This document shows positions 1-9,044 of a stretch of 64,000 bases of DNA, piece after piece. Made by a program: the position numbers and the translations under genes. This stretch comes from Epithemia pelagica (taxonomy: Eukaryota > Protista > Bacillariophyta). Under the pieces are notes generated by a model that was not told the origin of the DNA, ran no database searches, and saw only the letters and a list, made by a program, of their open reading frames with translations. The stretch is from contig OX337242.1 of NCBI GenBank assembly GCA_946965045.2, forward strand, positions 2,728,001 through 2,792,000, in the 5' to 3' direction. How positions within the stretch are numbered: the first letter of the stretch is position 1; each line of letters opens with the position of its first letter.

Positions 1-3000
1 ACGGACGGAGCAGAGCCTCGCAAGTTTGACTTCGACCTGGATGGGAAGACTGCCGACAACGAAATTCCACCGCCAGACATCATCCCACACGAGGAGGAGG
101 AACGGCCAACGGCGGAGGCAGAGTTGCTCAGGTACCACTACGACTTTGGGCACCTGCCATTCGCTAAACTACAACAAATGGCAAAGGACAGAATACTGCC
201 GAAACGACTGGCGAATTGTCACGTCCCAGTGTGCTCGGCATGCAATTTCGCCAAAGCAACGAAGCGAGCATGGCGCACAAGGTCGTCGAAAGACTGGTCG
301 AACAAGACACCTCCAAGCAAACCAGGCATGGTTGTGTCGGTCGACCAGTTAGTATCGCCCACACCAGGACTCGTGGCCCAGATGACAGGGTTCATCACGA
401 AACAGCGCTACAGATACGCTACCGTGTATGTGGACCAAGCGACGTCACTGGGTTTCGTTTTCCTGCAGAAGACTTCAACCGTTGAAGAAACACTGCAAGG
501 CAAGAGAGCTTTCGAGCGCTATGCTATGAACAGAGGAGTGTCAGTGCGTGCCTATCACGCCGACAACGGAATTTTTAAGGCACACGGGTGGGTGAAAGCA
601 TGCCACGACCAAGGGCAAGACCTCACGTTCGCGGCCGTTGGCGCCCACCATTCCAATGGAAAGGCGGAGCGTAGAATAAGAGAATTGCAAGGGATGGCGC
701 GCACAATGCTTTTGCACGCAAACAAGCGATGGCCACAGGCAATCACTGCCAACTTGTGGCCTTACGCCGTGCGCCATGCAAACGACTGCATTAACGCGGC
801 CCCTAATATGCAACACGAAACGAAGCAATCGCCAATCCAACTGTTTTCCCAGACAGCCATTAACACGAACAAGAAGCACTGGAGGCCCTTTGGATGCCCA
901 GTGTACGTGCTGGATGAACGATTGCAAGGGAACAAACCACACAATAAGTGGGAAAATCGAGCACGCGTGGGAATTTACTTGGGCCAGTCGCCAATCCACA
1001 ACAGGAATGTGGCACTGGTCCTCAACCGACACACCGGGCATGTAAGTCCACAATTCCACGTACGATTCGATCGCAGTTTCCATACCCTTCAACAGGAGCA
1101 ACTGACGGCAACGTGGCAAGTCAGTACATTCTTCGCTGACGCCAAACGAACCGGACAACCGCTGAGGAGCCAGAAAGGGAAACGACGGAGGAGGCACAAG
1201 GGGCAAGAGGGAGCCCCACAATACACTCCAACTGGCACTCCACCGGAAGAAAGGCAACAACAATTGCCAAACAACACATGGCCGGATGAGGCACCCAACC
1301 ACAGTCCAACCACAGGTCCACCAGGTGGGACGCCACCACAAGCAACACAGACCGGACGAACCATGGAACGAATGCCTCCAGTGGACTCAGAGGGAGCACA
1401 CGGCCAGAGGGAGCGGCAACCCCCGCAAACAACAACAACCAACCAAATGCGGACTAGATCGGGACGACTGCGTAAACCGACGCAACGCCTCATCGAAGTA
1501 ATGTCCGCAGAGGTAGAGGATGACATGACGATACCGGGGGAACTATTTGCTCTCACCACCCTCACACCGCAAGACGATATGGAGGGGGAGGACCCACTCC
1601 TAGCATACAAAGCGGCAATCTCCGACCCGGATACAATGTATCACCATGAGGCTATGAAAGAGCCTGACAGGGCGGAGTTTATAAAGGGCATGCAAAAAGA
1701 AATGGAGCGACAGATGGAAGATGGAAATCTCTCTATCGTGCGTCGCGATTCAGTCCCAGCAGGCCAACGCATCTTCAGGGCAGTATGGCAAATGCGCAGA
1801 AAAAGGGACATCATGACACGCGAGATCAAAACTCACAAGGCAAGACTCAATTTCGATGGGTCCAAGATGGAAAAGGGCATAGACTACGACCAGACATATG
1901 CCCCAGTTGCATCGTGGGCATCCATCAGACTGGTCCTAGCTCTGGTATCAGCATTCAATTGGCACACACAACAAATTGACTACGTCCTGGCATACCCACA
2001 GGCACCGGTCGAAAGGGAAGTCTACATGGAGATCCCAGTGGGGTATGATCTGGACGAAGGAAAGTCCAAAAGAGATTATGTCCTCAAGCTCCATGCCAAC
2101 CTCTACGGGCAAAAACAAGCCGGTAGGGTGTGGTACCAACACCTGTCCAGGCGGTTGGTGGAGCAGGTGGGGTTCACCAAGTCGGCTGTGGATGAGTGTG
2201 TGTTCTACAGGGGCCAAGTGATCTACGTCCTCTACACTGACGATAGTATCATAGTGGGTCCGGATCAGGCAGAGATTGACAAAGCAATCAACGATATCCG
2301 GGCGGCAAAGCTCAATATCACAGTGGAAGGAAACATCAAGGATTTCCTTGGCGTAAATATCCACAAGAGAGACAACGGAGAAATAACATTCTCCCAACCA
2401 CACCTTATCGACAAGGTGCTGAAAGGATTGCGTTTGGGATCCGACACAGTCCCAAAAGATACGCCCGCAGCACCGTCCAAGATACTCCATCGCCATCTGG
2501 AGAAGCCACCATTCGACAACAATTTCAATTATCGATCCATCGTCGGGATGTTGAATTACATCGAAGCAGGGTCAAGGAGCGACATAGCGTACGCTACACA
2601 CCAATGCGCACGCTTTGCCTCCAACCCACGAAAGCCACATGGAGACGCAGTCCGATGGATTGGACGGTACCTACACGCGACACGAGACAAAGGAATGTCG
2701 TTCCGTCCAGACAAGAATGCAGGCTTGGAAGTATGGGTAGACGCTGACTTCGCAGGCAATTGGAAGCGCGAGGACGCAACAACAGACCGTGATACGGCAA
2801 GGTCGCGACATGGGTACATCATCCGTTATATGGGCTGCCCCGTAATTTGGAAATCACAAATTCAAACGGAGATCGCCCTCAGTTCAACGGAAAGTGAATA
2901 CACTGGGCTGTCGTATGCGCTCCGAGCAGCCATACCGATAATGCGCTTGCTGGAAGAGATGCAACAACAAGGTATCCAAATACAGCAAACGCGAGCAGAG

Positions 3001-3237
3001 GTCCACTGTAAAGTATTCGAGGACAACAGTGGGGCGCTCGAGATGGCTAAGGTCTACAAGTTTCGCCCAAGGACCAAACACCTGAACGTCAAGCTCCATC
3101 ACTTCCGTACATACGTGGAGGATGGTAGCGTAACGATTCACAAAGTGGCAACTGAGGACCAACTCGCCGACTATCTCACCAAACCACTGCCGCGAGACAT
3201 ATTGGAACGACTGCGCAAACGAGTACTCGGATGGTAA
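1..3237 (+). CDS. pol: Copia pol polyprotein (5'-partial): integrase, reverse transcriptase, RNase H
   Basis: Frame is open from base 1. HHCC zinc finger (HYDFGH...CSAC); integrase D-D-E (SVDQ, HADNG, AERRIR); RT motifs (KARL, YGQKQAGRVW, YTDD); RNase H (VDADFAG, ESEY, FEDNSG, LADYLTK). Confidence 0.95.
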   Translation, partial: TDGAEPRKFDFDLDGKTADNEIPPPDIIPHEEEERPTAEAELLRYHYDFGHLPFAKLQQMAKDRILPKRLANCHVPVCSACNFAKATKRAWRTRSSKDWSNKTPPSKPGMVVSVDQLVSPTPGLVAQMTGFITKQRYRYATVYVDQATSLGFVFLQKTSTVEETLQGKRAFERYAMNRGVSVRAYHADNGIFKAHGWVKACHDQGQDLTFAAVGAHHSNGKAERRIRELQGMARTMLLHANKRWPQAITANLWPYAVRHANDCINAAPNMQHETKQSPIQLFSQTAINTNKKHWRPFGCPVYVLDERLQGNKPHNKWENRARVGIYLGQSPIHNRNVALVLNRHTGHVSPQFHVRFDRSFHTLQQEQLTATWQVSTFFADAKRTGQPLRSQKGKRRRRHKGQEGAPQYTPTGTPPEERQQQLPNNTWPDEAPNHSPTTGPPGGTPPQATQTGRTMERMPPVDSEGAHGQRERQPPQTTTTNQMRTRSGRLRKPTQRLIEVMSAEVEDDMTIPGELFALTTLTPQDDMEGEDPLLAYKAAISDPDTMYHHEAMKEPDRAEFIKGMQKEMERQMEDGNLSIVRRDSVPAGQRIFRAVWQMRRKRDIMTREIKTHKARLNFDGSKMEKGIDYDQTYAPVASWASIRLVLALVSAFNWHTQQIDYVLAYPQAPVEREVYMEIPVGYDLDEGKSKRDYVLKLHANLYGQKQAGRVWYQHLSRRLVEQVGFTKSAVDECVFYRGQVIYVLYTDDSIIVGPDQAEIDKAINDIRAAKLNITVEGNIKDFLGVNIHKRDNGEITFSQPHLIDKVLKGLRLGSDTVPKDTPAAPSKILHRHLEKPPFDNNFNYRSIVGMLNYIEAGSRSDIAYATHQCARFASNPRKPHGDAVRWIGRYLHATRDKGMSFRPDKNAGLEVWVDADFAGNWKREDATTDRDTARSRHGYIIRYMGCPVIWKSQIQTEIALSSTESEYTGLSYALRAAIPIMRLLEEMQQQGIQIQQTRAEVHCKVFEDNSGALEMAKVYKFRPRTKHLNVKLHHFRTYVEDGSVTIHKVATEDQLADYLTKPLPRDILERLRKRVLGW

Positions 3238-3262
3238 CGAGTGTCACAAATGGGTGTAAATT

Positions 3263-3278
3263 GAAAAGTGAGAGGGAG
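3263..3278 (+). other. Polypurine tract (plus-strand primer) of the copia element
   Basis: GAAAAGTGAGAGGGAG directly abuts the TG that starts the LTR. Confidence 0.85.
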
Positions 3279-3512
3279 TGTTGGAAGATCCCCGTTGCCG
3301 CCTGGCGCATTCGGAACCAGGGGGGACATCTCCCGTGCGTAAGGGTTTCCCCCATGACCCACGTCACCATTTGACACTATTCACTGACGACCCTCATACG
3401 TCAGCACCATTTGCACCCATAGCGTAACATGACCATACCTATAATTTACTCAATCCCCTTTTACGAAACTAGTTGGCCCTTTTAATCGGCAGTGACCACG
3501 GTTAAAACAACA
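3279..3512 (+). repeat. 3' LTR of the copia element (234 bp)
   Basis: Starts TGTTG right after the PPT and ends CAACA (5-bp terminal inverted repeat). The following AGGAT (3513-3517) is the predicted 5-bp TSD; the 5' LTR is not in the window to confirm it. Confidence 0.8.
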
Positions 3513-4260
3513 AGGATGCGGAAACAGTACTGGGAGGAGTCGTGGTAGGGTCCATGCTCTCGTGGTGGTTGTGGCTGTTGGTGTCGTGGTCCAAACAAAA
3601 GCGTACCGACTTTTTCGGGGGAAATCGGTTTCCACCTCGTTTCTTGTTGTCCTTGGTTCGTTTGTCTCGTTGTTGTCGTGATTGTACCAAGATGGAAGAG
3701 GTGATGGAGTTGGTGGTTGGTGTCAAAGAGGTAGAAGTGGCGGACCCAAACGACCCCGAATGGACCGACGGAAGAGGAGGTGGACCTTCCAAAAGAGATG
3801 ACGACGACCATGATCTCCAAAACAGACTGGAACGACGACGTCTGCGACTACGACCACTTTGTTTGGGAGTGGTCGATGTTGCATCCACGACAACCGTGTT
3901 CTGCTGCTTGTTGTGATTGTGGCTGGCACTACCAAACCAGCTACTTCGTCGACTTGGAATGCTTGTTGTCGTCGTCTTGTGGTTTTTGCGGATGTTGGTG
4001 TTTGTATTGTTGTGGTTCTTGTTTGTAGTGAGGTTCTTGTTCATGAATTCCTTGGTTGTTGTGTTTGCTGGTTTGGCATGATCTACCCGTTTGGTGCTGC
4101 CGCTGATGGCGATGGAGCTGGTTTTGGAAAAGGATTTTTGGCGTGACAGGGAATGTGCATGAGCCTGTTGTGGTTGTTCGGACATTAAGAGCAACATGTC
4201 GGTGGTTCGTTGCAAGGTCATGGTCATGATGATGATGAATGGATTGTTTCTTGGCCGCAA
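3502..4260 (-). pseudogene. Low-complexity diatom-type protein gene truncated by the copia insertion
   Basis: S/T/K/R-rich ORF with a KKSVRF (RVxF-like) motif. Its stop codon lies inside the copia LTR end, so the ORF runs into the element. Confidence 0.45.
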
Positions 4261-5725
4261 AAAGCCACGTTTCTATTCTTGTGTCCGCAACAAAAACAAC
4301 CACCACAAGAACGTCTCTCGCACTGCGGTTCCTCCTCCAACGACGACTGCCCGTTTCTCTTTCTCTTTTTCACTTTGTGCCTCGAGTGTGGTTCATTCCG
4401 CAACGACCACCAAAAAAGAGGCCGAAGAGCAACCACAAACAAGAAAGCGAACAAGAAGACGAAGACAAAGAAGAAAATGTGTGAGAGAGAGAATGAAAAA
4501 ATAGGGTGCTGGTCACAATTGTTGGTTTCGAAATATCAGACACTGGTAGGATCCTATTATTTTACGTTTGGTTTCCAGCAAGACGTTACGCAGTTCAACA
4601 CAACAACTACTTTGACTCATGATGTAGTATGCATGTAGTATTTTCTCTCTCTCGCTAACAGTATACGAGCTCGTAGTGTGTTGGTTGTTTGAAAGTCGTA
4701 GCGAGTGATGATATCATGGATATGCTTGCAGCAGGTTGTCGCTTCAAGGATATAGAATAGTATAGTACTCTCCAATACCATGCACCTTTGAGACAACCGT
4801 AGACGTATCAACAAGTAAGATGGTATCGTGGTGGTTAGCAGTTAGCAGCCATATCGAGAATATATAACAATGAAAGAGAGAACTAGCAAGTAAGTGTCCT
4901 TCAATTCCAGTAAGAAGATCCTTAACCAAGTACGCGGCATGCTACTGTACTAAATTGGCTGGGGTCATGAGAATTAGTTACACTGTGACATTGTAGGACA
5001 GTCCAAAAAAGTACGATTAGAATGGGTTGGTATCGAAAACGCATGAGACAGAGAGGGTCGCCTCGCGCTTGGGTCCCCCACGACCTTGCCCTACCCGTAT
5101 CCAGTCAAAATATGCGACTGATATCGAACACTGCCCCTTCGGTGGCCTTCGTTTTCAAGAATACAGATTTAGCGGCGACCGCGACCATTCCCACAATTTG
5201 CGCAACACAAAACACCACACACCACACACCACACACGCGCAAGCAACAAGACGCAGGGTATCCTCCGAACAAAAGTGGGGTTCACTCAATGTTTCCAGTG
5301 TGTGATGTTTGGCAGGTGTGAGAAAGCTTGGATAGATGCCACGAAAAATCCGAGTCGCCTGTCCTACGTCACACCCGATCGAAACCAAAGGAACAACAAC
5401 AACCCTACATCGAACAACAACTCGCTCCTCTTTCTCGAATCACACTTATATCAATCTTATAAAATCATTATCGACTCATTGTTTCCACGTCTAAACGGCT
5501 GACCACATAATAGATGGCTGCCCTACAACAGAGAGGTTTTCTTGAGGCGCGAGCAAGTGTAGCTTGACCCTGCATAGGTATAATATTTCTAATCAATCAT
5601 GGTATCCTTACCTGTGCGACTGCAACACAGTATGTCGCTGTCATGCATTCTCATTTTTTCTTCTTAGACGAAGTGGGGGTGTGAGAATCTCTTCGTCTCT
5701 CCACCACCAAGAATAAGGAATTACC

Positions 5726-6850
5726 ATGAAACCACAGGACACCAAGAATGACAATATCATCAAGAATCCATCCACCAGTAGCACTCGGACAACCGTATCC
5801 TTGGAACTCTATCGTCAAGCATTGGCATGGAACAATGCGGCCGTGTCCTTACTAGAGCACGGTCAGGTTCGACAAGCCGTCAAGGTCCAACGGACATCCT
5901 TGTCCTTGTTTCAACAAGCGTTTGGTCGTCGTGGTCCTTCTTCTCGGAAACCAGGTACCAATCCTCCTATCCTACCGTTTGCGGGAGCCAATGGAAAATG
6001 GAACAAGAACGACTGCTTGTCGACACAACAAGTAAAAGCCGTGGACGACACTGACAGGACAGCCTTGGCCGAGGTAGCCGCTTGTCAAGATCGTTCGAGT
6101 CTCTGTTCTTTGTTTCAAAGTCTCGGCAAAACGGCCCATGGAGGAGGAGGACAACGAAAACCAGAGAAGCCTGTTGTCACACAGCCACAAGAAAAACACA
6201 TGCAAGATTCTAACGTGGTTCGCCTTTTCCCGGCTTACATTCGACAAGGTCCCAACACCAGCCCTATAGTCGATTCGACAACATCAAATGACCAGGAATC
6301 GACAACCAGCTTTGTGGCGCGTCAGTTAAGTATTTTGCTCTACAATCATGGTATTGCGGAATTGGTGCTGGTCATCTGTCATGGTAGTTGCTTCGGCAAA
6401 AAGCACTACCGCAAACCACAACAACGACAAATTGTCAAACATCTTCAAACTGCCCTGAAATCCCTGTAGCTATCGGAATTCGGCCTTGGTCACGATGGGG
6501 TGCACCCAGAAATGGCTCACAACGTCGAAACCCGACACATTGTTGTATTGCTTTCTACTCTGGTGGCGACATGTTTGCAACGACTTTGTCGGTAGTTATT
6601 GTTGTTTCTCGTCGTGTGTCCCGAACACCACCCGCCGCAAGAACCATCAGTAACTTGGTATCTGGAGGAATTGCACCGAGTCACGCGCCGAGTCATTCAT
6701 CTTCAAAACGAACGCATTCAGCTCGAACAACCACTAGAGCAACAGCAGTTTCCAGACTCGATTATGGGATACTACCAGGAAACCATGGGGCTGTTATCCA
6801 TGGCACATTGGTCCTCTGGATCGTCGGCTAGCAATGCTCCTGCGGCCTAG
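5726..6850 (+). pseudogene. Diatom-type helical-repeat (TPR-like) protein gene with two in-frame TAG codons
   Basis: ORFs 5726-6469 and 6599-6850 share a frame; TAG at 6467-6469 and 6593-6595. Motifs WNNAAVSLLE and ILLYNHGIA and a C-terminal APAA resemble a widespread diatom family (recalled, not searched). Confidence 0.6.
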
Positions 6851-7170
6851 TAGACGAGCTGCCGGACCACACAAGACCGAAAACATGGTTTCTTTGCATG
6901 AAGTATGCACTTCTTCACCATCTTTTATCTCATCATCCTCGAACACTATCCTTTGGATGAATGACATGAAAATATATAATACACTAATCACCGAACTTCA
7001 CAAATCCTACCACTCTTGTTATCGCGACTGAAAGATGACCAAGCTAGAATCCCAAACCCTATCGGGACAACGATCTACTCCTATGTTCAATCGAAAAAAT
7101 AGGAGTAGCAAGTATTGTGTCAGCTTCTATGAAATACAACTTGGGTGGCAAACTGCAAGAACGAGATAAA

Positions 7171-8016
7171 CTATTCGGCCATGGCGACTTCCATTTCCTG
7201 TGCCACTCTGCTCACCACCAGTGCCCAGGTGTCCTGGTCTTCAGCAGTAAAGGGAATGTGTTCTCGCGCCAAGGCCATTTGAAGTGCAAACGGAACCGCA
7301 TCACACAAGAGTGCCACACGAATTCCCTTGTCGGCACATTCTTGACCAAGATGTTCCAAATCATCCACATATTCATCCAGATCTGGTCCAAAGACGGATG
7401 CCATGAGGTCCACAACCACGACCAACATTTTGGCAATCTCATCGAATCGGGCGGATCGTAAGGAAGTAATGTGCATAGCTTGACGAGTACTGGGATCTTT
7501 TTCCATCATGCGCAACAAAATCTGTTCTCCCACCTTGGTCTCATAGTCTGGCATACTTCCCTTGACTGTTTGCCATACCTTGTCCACCACAATGGAATGC
7601 TGAAAGTACATGTTGTCCCTCTTCTTGATACCCCCCGCCGTACTACTAGTAGAGTCTTCGGGTCCTCCAGAGTCCGTCGAGGCACAAGTATGAGTCGAAG
7701 ACTTTCGCAATAGTTGTCCGGATGCTTCTGACAGCAACGAAATATCGACGGGTTGAGAACAAGAAATGGAGCCTGAATCCGCATCAAGAGTAGAGATTTT
7801 TGTCGTCCTTGTCGTGACTTTCTTGCTACCATGGGACGATTGCTTCTGTGAGGAAGACGAAGATTTCTTTCTCCTCATGGCCGAGGACGAGGAGCTGCCA
7901 ATGGTACCCTTCTTTTTCTTGTGATTTTGCTGATGACTGGCCTTTTTCCTCAGGATATCTTGGGCCATCAACACGGCAGTGTCGAGACTTCCGGAGGTCA
8001 TGGAAGGTGAAAACAT
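7171..8016 (-). CDS. Globin-fold-like protein (281 aa) with a low-complexity N-terminus; heme-ligand His absent
   Basis: C-terminal ~140 aa follow the globin helix pattern (VWQTVK, VGEQILLRMMEKDP, LEHLGQECADKGI, DTWALVVSRVAQEM). ATG at 8016. Confidence 0.65.
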   Translation of the reverse strand: MFSPSMTSGSLDTAVLMAQDILRKKASHQQNHKKKKGTIGSSSSSAMRRKKSSSSSQKQSSHGSKKVTTRTTKISTLDADSGSISCSQPVDISLLSEASGQLLRKSSTHTCASTDSGGPEDSTSSTAGGIKKRDNMYFQHSIVVDKVWQTVKGSMPDYETKVGEQILLRMMEKDPSTRQAMHITSLRSARFDEIAKMLVVVVDLMASVFGPDLDEYVDDLEHLGQECADKGIRVALLCDAVPFALQMALAREHIPFTAEDQDTWALVVSRVAQEMEVAMAE

Positions 8017-8790
8017 GGTGGGGCAAATCTTCTTGAAACACAAAAACAATGAGATGTTGTTTCCCTTTGACGTGAAAAGAATAAGACCAGGTTGTGGTGA
8101 CAAAACCGATTTCTGAAGCTAATGTCCCTGGAAAGGTTTCATTCTGTTATTGAGAGTTCTCTTTCGGGAAGATATCATGACTTTCAACATTCGAAGACCA
8201 ACTTCTGGAATTAGATCCTGGTCAATACACCAAACCAAACAAATACTGCGCACTACAGTGAAGAATTCGGGTTTCGACTCTTCGTTAACTGTGACCTTAT
8301 GTTGTCGGGAGAACTTTTGTTGTCGAGTTGTCCGAGTGTACAAAGCTGTCATGGATTTGAAATTGTGGGGCTCGACCATCGGCACGTATTGTAAAACATT
8401 CATTGAACGAACCTAAGCTCATTGTTGTATTGTTATTAATTTGTTATGCCCAAAATTATGGAAATACGGTTGGGAGTAAGGCATAACTTTTAAAAAAATG
8501 GCTACCTGGTTGGGGCTTGTGGTCGACAAGGATGCCTCTTTTTCCTTGGCTGTTGTTTCAGAATTGCCCTATCCTGGCGCGCTAACTACTACTACGAGTA
8601 CAAACTAAAAGTGCCTGATAAGAAACGTAACGTGTACGAGTAGGCAGTGATTGACAAGAGTCACTGGCATTTCAGGGCAATATAATCTCTCTACGTTCTC
8701 TGCCAGAAATCCAAACAGATGATTTAAGTGAAAGACCAATCCAAATCCACGTCCATGGTTCTAATTATTTCAACTCTCCATCAGAGCTAC

Positions 8791-9004
8791 TTACCAGTCC
8801 TAAACGAGCGCGTCGTGTCGATGGCGCCAGCACAACATGGATCGGGCGCGCACCTTCCCCCAAAGAATGCGGCGCGGTCGACTCCTACCCAAGATAGATG
8901 AGAGAGAGACAGAGGAGCTCACAATCTTTGGTTTGTGCAGAGTCTCAAGCCATCACACGTTGTGACCAGAAGACTGGATCGTAGCGTAGACACCTAAACA
9001 AAAA
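8791..9004 (+). repeat. Split direct repeat A1
   Basis: TTACCAGTCC...CCTAAACAAAAA, identical to 16747-16960. Confidence 0.95.
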
Positions 9005-9044
9005 CTGTTCGATTGTTGCCTTTGCCTTTGCTTACTTTTTCACT

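Larger units (their letters stand above)
1..3512 (+). mobile_element. Ty1/copia LTR retrotransposon (CoDi-like), 3' part; the 5' part lies outside the window
   Basis: Domain order integrase-RT-RNase H (copia order), then a polypurine tract and a TG...CA LTR. Confidence 0.95.

Noticed and set aside
8119-8416. Short ORFs upstream of the globin-like gene
   Set aside because: No recognisable motif or splice support; probably intergenic or decayed sequence.
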